Positions 10,861 through 21,409 are shown, counted from the stretch's first letter. The stretch is 64,000 bases of DNA from Candidatus Heimdallarchaeota archaeon (GCA_020353515.1 CP070695.1:4721414-4785413); one strand, 5' to 3'. The notes: generated by a model from the letters alone, not told the origin. Numbers and translations: made by a program.

Positions 10861-13299
10861 TTACTCTTCGTTGATTATTGTGACTGTGAATGATTGCCTC
10901 GTACTATACCCAAGTACATCATAAACGGTAACAACAACAAGATATTTCCCAGGATTAGAGTATTCATGAGTTATAGACGCTTGAACATTTCTCAAAACCT
11001 TCTTTCCCCTCATTTCACGATAGGAATACCACTTTGCTTCAAATTGTCCGTTCTGATGATCCCAATCTATTGCCCAAAAATCAATGAAGTTAATAAAATC
11101 ATGAGTTATTCTTATATCTATGGGTTTGCTCAGACTAAAGGCTACAATGGTTATCTTTAGCTTTCTTCCTACAACTTTTGTTTCTAATCTAACCATTGGA
11201 TTTGTCATTTCACCTTTCGGTGTATGAGAAGGAGAAAGGGAATCTGATGAATCTATCGTATTTAAAATTTCGAAGGGCATATTATTGGGGATCTTCAGAA
11301 GTCTCTTCCTTACTTCATGTATTGAATATTTACCAATGTCAACCCCTACCCACATTCTTCCCAACTTCTCTGCAACTGCAAGTGCAGTTCCAGATCCACA
11401 GAAGAAATCAGCAATTATATCCCCTTTTTCAGTAGAAATTTCTATAATTCGTGTTAAAAGAGCTTCAGAATTTTCAGTTGGATATAAAGTCTTCTTTAGT
11501 TTTTCATAACCTGCGATGTCAATCCAGAGATTGTCACTGGAATACTGTATTTCTGCTGTATCCTGGTTCTTTCTTCTCTTTTTTTTAATTGTTGATGACT
11601 TTAATTGCGCTGATTCACTGTTTTGATAAGCAAAAACTGAATCTGAATGTACTATCAAATGTGTCTGATTATAGGCTTGTTTTAATGATAAATTTTTCTT
11701 CATTCTTCGCACTAAAAACTCATTGACAAAGTTTTGAGAGCCAAAAACTTCGTCTAAAACCATTCTAGCATAATGACCAAAATGGTAATCAAAGCGCACA
11801 AAAATAAGCCCATCATCCTGAAGAAGGGATCTCATCGGTTGAATACGCTTCTTAAACCATTGTTTAAAGAATTCAATAGGATCTGGAACCTCAATGACAT
11901 TTTTATAAGCCAAGTCCTCAATCGGAAAGACAATATTCTCTCCAGCGTTAAATTCCTGCCCTTCTGATAAACCAATGGGAATTATAATTTTTTCATTTGC
12001 TCCAGTGAAAAAGGGAGGATCGATATATATTATTTTCAGTTTTTTTTGTATTTTCTGATTCAAGCACGGTAATACTTCAAAAACATCCCCTAAAATCAAC
12101 ATATTCGCCCATTCATCAGATTTTTCTTTATTAGAGCTTGAAATTTGACCTAGATACCTTTCAATTAACTTCAGTGAAAATCTATTCGTAGAAGAAAAAT
12201 CGTTTACTGTGTCAATGGCATCATTTTTGGGATAAAGAGAGAGTGGAAAATCAGGTAAAGATTCACAATTATACGCAGAAAAGAATGTTCCTTTATCCTT
12301 AAGTAATTCCATTATAAGTTTAAAGGCGTATTGATCTTCCTCTAATCCTATCCATTTCAATCTCAATTGCTCTGCAATTATTAAAGACATTCCTAGATTA
12401 GTAGATAGATCTAAAAAGAGTTCCTGCTCATTTAAACACATTCTAAGCAGTCTTGTGTAAAAATCTGAAGAACTTGTAAAATATTTATTCACCCATTGAT
12501 AGCTGCAAATATCTAGCCAGTTAGAGTCAATAATCTGTCCCTTTTTTTGGGGAACCCAGTATTCAGGATTCCCCTTCCTATTCAATCGGATCTGACCTTT
12601 TGTACATAAATCAAGAATAGCCTCCTGTTTCAATTTCCAATGAGTTCCTGGGGGAGGCGTTAAAATAATCTCCCCAATGTCTTCAAAAATAAATTTTTTA
12701 GGATTACCCTGTCCTTTAGAGACAAAAGAATGCCAATACCCACCACTTTCTTTTTCATTTAACACAGGATTAATTCGCGGATTAAGATTTTGAGAATAAA
12801 GGAGAATAAAATTGGTTCTTTCAAACACTGTAGAATTGGGGGTGTACCAAACTTTATAGGGAGAATCAATTATTATTTCATTAACAAACCGATCAGAACC
12901 AAAGATGACATCCATTCTAGATTTCAAACCTGACTTTATTGTCCCATTTACCTTGATTGCGATGAATCCCTCCTCATGTAACACTAGTTTGCACCTATCT
13001 AGCAACTGTTGAGTTTTTCTCCAGAATTCGTTATTAATTTCCTTTTTTTCAGGTAATTTGGAATATTCTTCTCTTCTTTCCATTACAATTTCTTTGATAT
13101 CTTCGACCAGCTCTATTTTTGTTGGCTGATAATACATTGATAGATCCAAAAAGATTAACCGAGGATTTAAGCTCTTAAAAAATGATTTAAGATTCTCAAG
13201 GATATTGATTTTCGATCCTAATAGAATTAACTTATTGGTATCTTCAGGATGATTATCTTCTAAATGTTTAATCTCTGTCATTGATGAAGCGTGGATCAT
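10861..13299 (-). CDS. Beta-class (Mod-like) DNA methyltransferase: degenerate N-terminal MTase copy, intact MTase copy, C-terminal Ig/PKD-like domain
   Basis: Intact IYIDPPFF, YPTENSEALL and DFFCGSGT in the second half; degenerate equivalents (IFLDLSM, FLDLSTNLG) in the first half. Confidence 0.88.
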   Translation of the reverse strand: MIHASSMTEIKHLEDNHPEDTNKLILLGSKINILENLKSFFKSLNPRLIFLDLSMYYQPTKIELVEDIKEIVMERREEYSKLPEKKEINNEFWRKTQQLLDRCKLVLHEEGFIAIKVNGTIKSGLKSRMDVIFGSDRFVNEIIIDSPYKVWYTPNSTVFERTNFILLYSQNLNPRINPVLNEKESGGYWHSFVSKGQGNPKKFIFEDIGEIILTPPPGTHWKLKQEAILDLCTKGQIRLNRKGNPEYWVPQKKGQIIDSNWLDICSYQWVNKYFTSSSDFYTRLLRMCLNEQELFLDLSTNLGMSLIIAEQLRLKWIGLEEDQYAFKLIMELLKDKGTFFSAYNCESLPDFPLSLYPKNDAIDTVNDFSSTNRFSLKLIERYLGQISSSNKEKSDEWANMLILGDVFEVLPCLNQKIQKKLKIIYIDPPFFTGANEKIIIPIGLSEGQEFNAGENIVFPIEDLAYKNVIEVPDPIEFFKQWFKKRIQPMRSLLQDDGLIFVRFDYHFGHYARMVLDEVFGSQNFVNEFLVRRMKKNLSLKQAYNQTHLIVHSDSVFAYQNSESAQLKSSTIKKKRRKNQDTAEIQYSSDNLWIDIAGYEKLKKTLYPTENSEALLTRIIEISTEKGDIIADFFCGSGTALAVAEKLGRMWVGVDIGKYSIHEVRKRLLKIPNNMPFEILNTIDSSDSLSPSHTPKGEMTNPMVRLETKVVGRKLKITIVAFSLSKPIDIRITHDFINFIDFWAIDWDHQNGQFEAKWYSYREMRGKKVLRNVQASITHEYSNPGKYLVVVTVYDVLGYSTRQSFTVTIINEE

Positions 13300-13318
13300 T
13301 GGTTAATCCAATACCAAT

Positions 13319-14599
13319 TTAATTTATTTCATCATTTATTGCCATCAAAATCCTTTTACTGCTTTTTAAATATAATGTTAAAGCTAGTGTTCCTAATAAA
13401 ATCACTAAACTGGATACTAAAAAAGCAATACGATACGCAACGACTGTTGGCTCCCCTAAGAATATCAATAGATCTGCTACAGGCCCTCCTACAATGAATC
13501 CAGCTAATCCCCACCCTGTAGCCAATGTAATGTTAAAAACAGCAAATCCTGTACCCCTTAATTCGTCAGGTAACAAATCTGCTGTATAAGCAAAAGAAAC
13601 GCTCTGTAATAAAGAAGAACATCCACCTAAAAGCGAGTAGATGATTGCGATAATGAGGAATGGCTGGTTTCCTAATAAAAAGAAAAGGAAATAACATATT
13701 CCTGCCCCAAATCCAGTAAGTACAACTATGGGGATTCTACCAATTTTATCCGAAATTCTTCCCCCAATAGGAGCAATGAGTCCTCCTGTTAAAGAAAAGA
13801 GAATAAGTAAATAACTAATAAAAGTGTTATCAAAGCTTAAGCCAGTTGGATCATTAGAATAATAGAGAAATATTTGGGTACTAGATGAAATTCCAATTAC
13901 TAATAATCCAATACATAGAATAAAAATTAAATACGAGCGGTTGGTTAATAACTCACGAATAGCCTTAGAAACTATTGTAGTTCGATCAAAATCGATCTTC
14001 TCGACTTGAGGTGAAAATTGAATAACCGTTGCACACAAGATCATCAAGATTACAACTACATAAAAGATCGTTCCTTCACTAAATCCTAGTCCATCACGAT
14101 AAAGAAGTCCGCTTAATAAGAAACCCACAATTTGTCCAATTAACCCAAATCCGTCTATAAAACCAACGAGTTGTCCACGTTGGTTTCCTTCTGTAGCCTG
14201 TGCAACAAGAAATCTTACTCCTAAATCGCTCATAGACCAAAATATTTCGAGAATTGATAAGAGAATTATCATAAGAAAAGCAGCACCAATTTTAGATCCC
14301 AATTCTAGGAGAAAATAATGTCCAATGAATGCAAGAAGGTATGTAAACGCTGCAATCAATTCTCCACGAACAACATATGGTCTAGCTAAAGAAGGACGAT
14401 CATTAAGTCGTGGACCCCAAAGCTTGAGTTGCCCAAATGTCGATCCAATTAGATTGGCAGTCCCTAGTAAGGCAGCAAGAGTGTTTGGTAACCCTAGGAA
14501 TGTTCTAAGATAGAGATAAAAGAAGGCGTAAAAGACAGCTCGTCTTAAGAATGAAATGAATTGAAAAATGCCAATTGGAAAAATAGTTCGAATACTCAA
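13319..14599 (-). CDS. MFS transporter
   Basis: About 12 TM helices, motif A GRISDKIGR, RGQLVG and LRGTGFA. Confidence 0.9.
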   Translation of the reverse strand: MSIRTIFPIGIFQFISFLRRAVFYAFFYLYLRTFLGLPNTLAALLGTANLIGSTFGQLKLWGPRLNDRPSLARPYVVRGELIAAFTYLLAFIGHYFLLELGSKIGAAFLMIILLSILEIFWSMSDLGVRFLVAQATEGNQRGQLVGFIDGFGLIGQIVGFLLSGLLYRDGLGFSEGTIFYVVVILMILCATVIQFSPQVEKIDFDRTTIVSKAIRELLTNRSYLIFILCIGLLVIGISSSTQIFLYYSNDPTGLSFDNTFISYLLILFSLTGGLIAPIGGRISDKIGRIPIVVLTGFGAGICYFLFFLLGNQPFLIIAIIYSLLGGCSSLLQSVSFAYTADLLPDELRGTGFAVFNITLATGWGLAGFIVGGPVADLLIFLGEPTVVAYRIAFLVSSLVILLGTLALTLYLKSSKRILMAINDEIN

Positions 14600-14726
14600 T
14601 ATGACCCCTACTATTCCAAAATAATCTAGAGGTCGTTTTTTGTATTTTTCGCTCTTTATGTAATTATCATGTTTAAATTCGCCAATAGGACTCTTTTTTG
14701 ATCTGAGGGATGTTAAAAATTAGGTT

Positions 14727-16328
14727 TTACAATATTAATGACTTCTTCTTTATCCATAATTTATAATAGATGAGTAGAATTAGTCCAATCTGAAATCCAA
14801 TAAGTGAAATTTCAGTTGTTGAAGAAGAAGTTAATGTTGGTTCTCTTGGTATACCAGATAGTATCTCTTCTATTTGTTCAACTTGAATAATTGAGTTCCA
14901 ATCTGAACTGAATGTTATTCTATAGAGTCCACCTTCAGCAAAATAATGAATTGGGTATTCAGAACCATACAAAAACTTTAAAGTAGTTTTAGCACCTATA
15001 GGGATAATTATTTGTCGGTTATGATAATAAAATCTAAAAACATCAGCAGGAAAAGGTTCTCCACTAAAAGCGTTACATCGTTTCGGAATTAATAATCCCC
15101 CACCATCTTGAGGAGAGATTCCCATGAGAAATAAAGTCATACAACCTTCAGTAGTAGCATAATCAGTGTACACAGGTTTTTCTGCGGCCAATGTAAACCT
15201 AAATGTTTCAGAATCGTACAATCCTGCCTCGGGTCTTAATAGAGCTTGCCATGCCTGGATGACTTTTTCTCCTTCAAGCATCCTTTGCATGTGAAGTTTA
15301 TTTGTTTTATTAAAATGAGCGAAATACGTATGCAATAACATCCAAGCATCAAGGGTTCCAAATAATTCCCTTCGATTTGACCCCTTACTATGAACGACAA
15401 CATTAGCTCTCCATTGATGAGAATCCCATGAATTAACTAAATATCGATTTTGCAGATCTATATAGACCCTATCCCAATTTTGAAGGGTTCCGTTTAACCT
15501 ACGGAGTTTATCAAAATTAAAAAATACTTCAATTGCATCCCATTCCCAGGTTTTCCAACTTCTTGCATAATCGTAACCATTTTTGTGTTCATTCCAATAA
15601 TAAGTATTTAGATCCAACCATTCCTGGAACGCATATTCTAAGGCTTCTTCTAGGCTTGTTTCGTTGAACAATATTGTAAAACAATTAGCAAGATTTGCTG
15701 TACTCATCCATCTTGTATTAAACAAGTCTTTAGTTGAATTAGTATCAGGATTACACTCATAAAAAGCTCTAGAATTGGTAATCCTACAGTTTCTTAATCC
15801 CTCAAAAGCTGATGTAGCATTCCATTTTTCAGTTAAATAATTCAATTCTTTGGCATATCGATAACCATATAGAGTATATTGCCTCCACATATTAAAATAA
15901 TGGTCACTTTGCGTCACTGGTAACGAATAATTCTCAAACATTGGTGTCTGGTTCAATGCCCATTTAACAACTTCATCAATCATGAGTGGAGAATAGTTCA
16001 ACAATTCTGAATATCTCTTTGTATAAATTATTCCCTGCCAATCGTTATTTGACTGGTATTTGGTTAAGATTTTTGTGAGATCTGAAACGTTTACTTTTCC
16101 AAGCACTATTCCTCTAGCAAAGACATTCATATCGGAAGTCCAATCTGTTATTGTATTCGTTGATAAAAAAATCTTATCTGCTAAAATATCTGATTTTAGC
16201 TTATATTGAGGATTAATATCCGTTTCACAATTGATCTGGGATTTTGAAATTTCAACAATGAAGGCAAATCCAACAATAAGGGTTACTGAATACAAAAAAA
16301 GGTATTGTTTTAACTTCAGTAGTTTCAT
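14727..16328 (-). CDS. Secreted/surface protein of unknown function with C-terminal anchor
   Basis: N-terminal signal peptide, Trp/Tyr/Asn-rich body with N-x-S/T sequons, Ser/Thr linker, TM helix and KKK tail. Confidence 0.75.
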   Translation of the reverse strand: MKLLKLKQYLFLYSVTLIVGFAFIVEISKSQINCETDINPQYKLKSDILADKIFLSTNTITDWTSDMNVFARGIVLGKVNVSDLTKILTKYQSNNDWQGIIYTKRYSELLNYSPLMIDEVVKWALNQTPMFENYSLPVTQSDHYFNMWRQYTLYGYRYAKELNYLTEKWNATSAFEGLRNCRITNSRAFYECNPDTNSTKDLFNTRWMSTANLANCFTILFNETSLEEALEYAFQEWLDLNTYYWNEHKNGYDYARSWKTWEWDAIEVFFNFDKLRRLNGTLQNWDRVYIDLQNRYLVNSWDSHQWRANVVVHSKGSNRRELFGTLDAWMLLHTYFAHFNKTNKLHMQRMLEGEKVIQAWQALLRPEAGLYDSETFRFTLAAEKPVYTDYATTEGCMTLFLMGISPQDGGGLLIPKRCNAFSGEPFPADVFRFYYHNRQIIIPIGAKTTLKFLYGSEYPIHYFAEGGLYRITFSSDWNSIIQVEQIEEILSGIPREPTLTSSSTTEISLIGFQIGLILLIYYKLWIKKKSLIL

Positions 16329-16402
16329 TTGTTAACTGACCTTAATACAGAAAGAATCTTTTTCTATCTCTTGTTATTACGTGTGTAGGGAAAATATCTG
16401 TT

Positions 16403-17476
16403 TCAAGATAAAATTGAATTAAGAGACAAATTTTTAGATTCTTTTGATTTAACGACGTTATTTAGAGATGTTTTAAAAGATAAAGCAGCCCAATAGTTAA
16501 AAATCAGTCTAAGATTTCCTGAAGTTCGTAATAGGAGCTCCAAATCATAAACTGAAGGTTGAGTTTTTTTATCCCTTAATTTCTCTAGTAGTTTTCCAAT
16601 TGTAGGCAAATCTTTCTCCATTTTATTTTTTAGCCGTTTCGGTTGATTATCGGGGAGGAGTAAAGCATCAAGGTTCTCCAATCCTCCTGATTTATTATCG
16701 ATTTCTTGAAGGATTTTGATAACTATATCTTTTTCAAATCCTTCACTAATTCTATGATGTGTTCCCCGCCATTTTGTCAAATTTCCCACTCCACGTTCAC
16801 CGCCTTTCGGTAAAAGCACCATATTTGACCCTGTGATACGCCAACGAGCAGAATCACTTCCATCGACTTTTTCTGCAAGTTTGTTGATAAGACTAGGTGC
16901 TCCTACTCCCAAAGCCCAAATTTTAACTTTTTCTAAAGCATCATACTGTCTTAGGATTGTCTTCAATTCATCGAGGACTGGAAATAATCGATTTGCGTGT
17001 CCTCCTCCTTTCCTCATCAAAGGAACAAGACGGCCAATGAAAAACCATTCAGGAAAACCCTCATTCAAGATAATTTCTCTCAATATTTCAACTCTGTCAT
17101 AAGGAACAACAGGTTGCACTTCTAAGGAGTATAGTTCTCTATAGTTTACTAAAATCTTGTCATCAGGAAAATCCAAAGTTATTTTTAGAATAGATGGATC
17201 CTGTTTAGTTATTTCTTGATATATCCTCTTCAATTCGTCTATGTCTAGATCTATCTTTTTTTTTCTATTTAATGCCGAGAAAGCACCAGAATCAAGTAAG
17301 ATTTTACCATCCCATCCAAGAGTATCATGAATCCCCTTTTTTACTACCTTTTGAAACAATCTAGGAGAACTAAAGAAGTCTATTGCGGATATCATCAATG
17401 CATCTGGTTTCAATGCCCAATCGTAAGTCCAAGGGCGAAATATCGCATTGATAGGAGTGCCAATAGCAAAGATCAT
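16403..17476 (-). CDS. TGT/DpdA-like transglycosylase family protein
   Basis: LLDSGAFS, ITLD, IGRLVP, WALGVG and DGSDS motifs of the TGT barrel; no PUA domain or Zn site. Confidence 0.75.
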   Translation of the reverse strand: MIFAIGTPINAIFRPWTYDWALKPDALMISAIDFFSSPRLFQKVVKKGIHDTLGWDGKILLDSGAFSALNRKKKIDLDIDELKRIYQEITKQDPSILKITLDFPDDKILVNYRELYSLEVQPVVPYDRVEILREIILNEGFPEWFFIGRLVPLMRKGGGHANRLFPVLDELKTILRQYDALEKVKIWALGVGAPSLINKLAEKVDGSDSARWRITGSNMVLLPKGGERGVGNLTKWRGTHHRISEGFEKDIVIKILQEIDNKSGGLENLDALLLPDNQPKRLKNKMEKDLPTIGKLLEKLRDKKTQPSVYDLELLLRTSGNLRLIFNYWAALSFKTSLNNVVKSKESKNLSLNSILS

Positions 17477-17485
17477 TATTGTACC

Positions 17486-18010
17486 TCAAAATAGGAAATC
17501 TTCAAGGGATTTGGTTCTTGACAAATTCTCCAAGAATCGCACTAATTTTTGTTGTCCAACCCCAAGTCCACCCATATTTTCCACTATAATTTTTGTATCT
17601 ATATGAGTTTTTAAACCTTCAATAGCCTTTAAGTAGGTTTTTCCCATTAATATATAGATGTAGTCAAATTCCTCCTCTTTATTCCATCTGATTACCTCTT
17701 GGATTACCTGTGAATTATGTTTTCTAGCAAGATTTTCAGTCATTTTCAGATCATAATCTTTAATTAAATCAGTACTCCTAAGGAAGCCATATTTCGCAGA
17801 TACTATCCCTAAAAATAGGTGGGAACTCCATCTCCCCTCACGCTTAGCTTTCCTAATTACCTGAAACATTGGGCCTTTATAGGCCTCTGATGCACGTATT
17901 TCACGATTCTGTAACTCCAAGGCTTTTTTCTTACCACATGATATGATAAGTAAGACTTTTGGCTTTTTCAACAGAAGTACTCTCAAAAATAAAATATCTC
18001 TAAAGGTCAA
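17486..18010 (-). CDS. DUF6884-like (YaaA-related) protein
   Basis: IISCGKKK, A..AYKGPMF, VSAKYG, YDLKM, MGKTY, GGLGVGQQ; true start may be slightly downstream. Confidence 0.7.
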   Translation of the reverse strand: MTFRDILFLRVLLLKKPKVLLIISCGKKKALELQNREIRASEAYKGPMFQVIRKAKREGRWSSHLFLGIVSAKYGFLRSTDLIKDYDLKMTENLARKHNSQVIQEVIRWNKEEEFDYIYILMGKTYLKAIEGLKTHIDTKIIVENMGGLGVGQQKLVRFLENLSRTKSLEDFLF

Positions 18011-18909
18011 GATAACATTTTTTGGAGTCGTTCAGCATATTGATTACTTTTCTCATCGGCACCTGTAATTTTAATGCCTGATGGCTCTTGAACTCCTAAT
18101 TTTAGCTCTACAGCTCTTGCTATCTGTTCTTGTTCAAATACAGGGCCATTTGCTACTTCAGGTGTTGTACCAAGATCACGAAGGATTGTTACACCCACAG
18201 CATCAATAGCTATTCGATCTGTCCCTGCTAACATCACATGAGGATGTTCAAGTTTTCCTCTTGCTGGTCCTCCTTCAACAAAAGCGTCTATACCATCCAA
18301 AATCACTAATGTAGGAGTGTAAATCTGATTAATTTCAGCGATAAGTTTTCGCTGATGTGGAGAGGAATGAAGTTCACGCATGAATTCATAACCTTGTCGG
18401 GGGACAAAACCGACCGCTAATTTCAGTGAGAAAGTAAAATGTCCTCCAAATTGATGTGTTTTAAGACAGGGTAACGCAATAATAGCGTCTACACTTTGAA
18501 TGAATTTAGGAAAGAGAAAACCATTTTTCCAATTAGAATCACTCTGTTGGACTGGCTGAAACTGAATCCACTCTGAGTGAGGTAAGGAGGATAAATCTAG
18601 AATATCAAAACCTCCAATCTCTTTCTGTAGGGCAAATAATCCTTTGGTTTCCATAGTATCATGCGTATCTGCTGGGCCAGCTCGCTCTACAACAGTAATT
18701 TTCTTTACTCCACAAATCTTAAGGTGAGTGATTAATACTCGAATAATCTCAATATCTGTCGAAGCAGGGGGAGGGTCTGCTGTATTAAAATTGGGCTTAA
18801 TAGCGACTCTTTTACCTTTTAAAGCCTCAAAAAGAGACTTATAATAAGAGAAAATTATTTTCATCCCTTTGATTCTGTCATCAGTTTTAACAAGGAAGAC
18901 TTCAGTCAT
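18007..18909 (-). CDS. DUF362 family protein
   Basis: VAIKPNF, LPCLKTH, TFSLKLAVG, ILDG, DRIAIDAVG. Confidence 0.85.
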   Translation of the reverse strand: MTEVFLVKTDDRIKGMKIIFSYYKSLFEALKGKRVAIKPNFNTADPPPASTDIEIIRVLITHLKICGVKKITVVERAGPADTHDTMETKGLFALQKEIGGFDILDLSSLPHSEWIQFQPVQQSDSNWKNGFLFPKFIQSVDAIIALPCLKTHQFGGHFTFSLKLAVGFVPRQGYEFMRELHSSPHQRKLIAEINQIYTPTLVILDGIDAFVEGGPARGKLEHPHVMLAGTDRIAIDAVGVTILRDLGTTPEVANGPVFEQEQIARAVELKLGVQEPSGIKITGADEKSNQYAERLQKMLS

Positions 18910-19036
18910 CTTAGAACCACCTGGTCTGTAAAATCTGTTATGAACACTTATCCCCTTAAATTAATAAGTTGCTAGAATTCCCTTATGAGAACTAATCATC
19001 AATATCTAGATTATTAGGTGTATCGAGGTAGTACCT

Positions 19037-19972
19037 TTGCGCTTATATTTAGGCGTTGTTCCAGGAATTTTTCCATGGTTGAAGGAGGACATTATTCACA
19101 AAAATATGACACGTATTTATGCAGGAGTTATTTTTTCATACTGGTCATTTCGAAAAAAAATCCAAAATATAATCTCGAAAGGACTTCATGATTATTTTTC
19201 TTTTGATGGACCTATTATGGTAGATTCTGGGGCTTATAGTGCCTTTAATTCTGGTGTAAATATTGACATTGACGATTATTTGTCTTTTATATCGAAAATT
19301 GATATGAAAGACGATGATACTATTGTTAATCTTGATGTGATTCAAAATCCAAGAAAGTCAAAACAGAATTGGAGATACTTAACGAATAAGTTGGATATCA
19401 ACGTTTTGCCAGTGATTCATCTACCTGAAGCAGGAAATTCATATTTCTCTGAAGATTATATAGGACTGGGTGGGATGGTGCCAGCATTCAAAATAAATCA
19501 AACTGGGAGTGTGAAAAATGTAGCTGCTTGGTTGGTTTCATTAGATCAGACCGTAAACAAAAAGTATCATGGATTTGGTGTTGGAAGTCCATATCATCAA
19601 ATTGCATTTCTTGACTTCCTTTATTCGGTAGATTGGATTGGTTGGCGAAGGAATGCAGCAGTCTGTTCATGTTACACCCCTGAAGGATCAATTTATATTC
19701 ATGAGGCTCGTAAAAAGAAAAAGAAGGGAAGAAGAATTACAGAGGAGATATTTAATCTTTATGCTCCCCCATTCATCGATTCATACGAGATGTTATATCG
19801 AGAGGGCACAGAGGGGTGGGTAAATCGTGCATTGTGGAATGTATGGTGGTTTCTACTTGCAAAAGACTATAAAGGTCAAATTGAAGTCTCTAGCTATGTT
19901 CTTTCTTTGAAAAAAACAATTCGTCAAACAGAACTGGAATATAGGACAATGGATCTTGGTCAATTCTTATGA
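19037..19972 (+). CDS. Second TGT/DpdA-like transglycosylase family protein
   Basis: MVDSGAYS, VNLD, LPVIH, IGLGGMVP, YHGFGVG, SVD. Confidence 0.78.
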   Translation: MRLYLGVVPGIFPWLKEDIIHKNMTRIYAGVIFSYWSFRKKIQNIISKGLHDYFSFDGPIMVDSGAYSAFNSGVNIDIDDYLSFISKIDMKDDDTIVNLDVIQNPRKSKQNWRYLTNKLDINVLPVIHLPEAGNSYFSEDYIGLGGMVPAFKINQTGSVKNVAAWLVSLDQTVNKKYHGFGVGSPYHQIAFLDFLYSVDWIGWRRNAAVCSCYTPEGSIYIHEARKKKKKGRRITEEIFNLYAPPFIDSYEMLYREGTEGWVNRALWNVWWFLLAKDYKGQIEVSSYVLSLKKTIRQTELEYRTMDLGQFL

Positions 19973-20068
19973 GAGATTAAAATGAATGACAACCTTGAAA
20001 TATATTCCCAAGTATCAAGTAGTATATTTCACTTGAAACCGTCAATTAGTCTTTATCATACATCGTTA

Positions 20069-21409
20069 TTAGAAAGGACGACAATCTTCCTTGATTCTTG
20101 ATATAGCTTCTTCAACCCTTTGAATGGCTAGTTCTTGTCTTTCTTTTGATAGTGCTGGTTTCTTTCTTAAGCAGGTTCCCTCACTTTTTTTCACGTGATC
20201 TAGATAGCCAATCATCGTTTCTTCAATATATTCATAGATCAATGCATCTGCTTGACGTTCAAACTCTTTATCCTTTGTAAAAAAGATTAAATGCTCAGAA
20301 AATATATTTCCAATGTCTTTACTAGTAGATTTACTTGTTAGATCAATGTTTCGTGAAAGCGATAATTGATGGGTTAATCCTACGAGTTCCCCTAGTTTTT
20401 TAAAGTGGAGATGAGATTTTATCCTCTCATATTCTAAACAACTATCACCAATTACTATACAAATAACGCTTCCGAGTTTAACTATCCTTACCATCTCAGA
20501 TATTGTATGGAACATATCAAAAAAGTATTCAGTTAAGAGTCTCCATCTATTACTAATATGATGACCATGAGCTCCAATTTCAACTTTAGCGAAACGACGA
20601 TAATCATATCCAAGAACACTCATATTATATTGATGAATACGATTATAATCTAGTGCATTAACATAGGGGGGGGATGTAACAATACAATCAATAGTTGCAC
20701 TAGGAATAAACGATAAATCTCGCGCATCTCCTAATTTGATATCATCTTGCATCCCATTATTAAAATCTGCAATCGTAAGATTGAATTCTTTCATAATTTT
20801 TATCATAGACTTAATTTTGGCTCGAAATGTATTCCAAATGCTCATTTTCTTCCAATTTCTGGATTCTGTTAAGGTAGAAATCGTAGATGATAAACCCACC
20901 TTAAAAAAGTCCTGAAATTCGTCATATATGATTTCATTCTCAATATAATCAAGAATTAGTGAAATTAATCTAGTATTGTCTTCAGTGAATCGCTTGGACA
21001 AATTTCTTTTAGGAAAAATGAATTTTCTTGAAGTGTATTGTTCCTTGTTAAATAGAAATGACTTTATTTCAGATTGAAATTGAGCATGAAATTCTTTCCA
21101 AAGTTTCGTGAGTATTTCACAATCTAGTGGTTTTGTTTTTACTCGTGATAACAAAATGGCTAGAGGATTCTGATCGACGCCACCTGAATGATTTTGAGAT
21201 AATACTCCTTCGACTACTGATGTACCACATCCTACAAAAGGATCAAAGATTCTAGATCCACCTGAATTGAGAAACATGTTATAAATTGTATAAGGTATTT
21301 GTGGGATAAAGCGTGCGGGGTAAGAGTGATATTTATGAGTAAGTGTCTGTGTGGAAGCTCCTGGAAAATCCCAATCGACTCCAATGATTTTTTCCTTTGG
21401 AAAATCCAT
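20069..21409 (-). CDS. DNA methyltransferase, probably N4-cytosine (alpha class)
   Basis: THKYHSYPARFIPQI, DPFVGCGT, GDAR, VTSPPY, VIGDS. Confidence 0.9.
   Translation of the reverse strand: MDFPKEKIIGVDWDFPGASTQTLTHKYHSYPARFIPQIPYTIYNMFLNSGGSRIFDPFVGCGTSVVEGVLSQNHSGGVDQNPLAILLSRVKTKPLDCEILTKLWKEFHAQFQSEIKSFLFNKEQYTSRKFIFPKRNLSKRFTEDNTRLISLILDYIENEIIYDEFQDFFKVGLSSTISTLTESRNWKKMSIWNTFRAKIKSMIKIMKEFNLTIADFNNGMQDDIKLGDARDLSFIPSATIDCIVTSPPYVNALDYNRIHQYNMSVLGYDYRRFAKVEIGAHGHHISNRWRLLTEYFFDMFHTISEMVRIVKLGSVICIVIGDSCLEYERIKSHLHFKKLGELVGLTHQLSLSRNIDLTSKSTSKDIGNIFSEHLIFFTKDKEFERQADALIYEYIEETMIGYLDHVKKSEGTCLRKKPALSKERQELAIQRVEEAISRIKEDCRPF

Noticed and set aside
16403-19972. Calling the TGT-like genes canonical tgtA (archaeosine tRNA transglycosylase)
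   Set aside because: Too short, and lacking the Zn site and C-terminal PUA-containing domains
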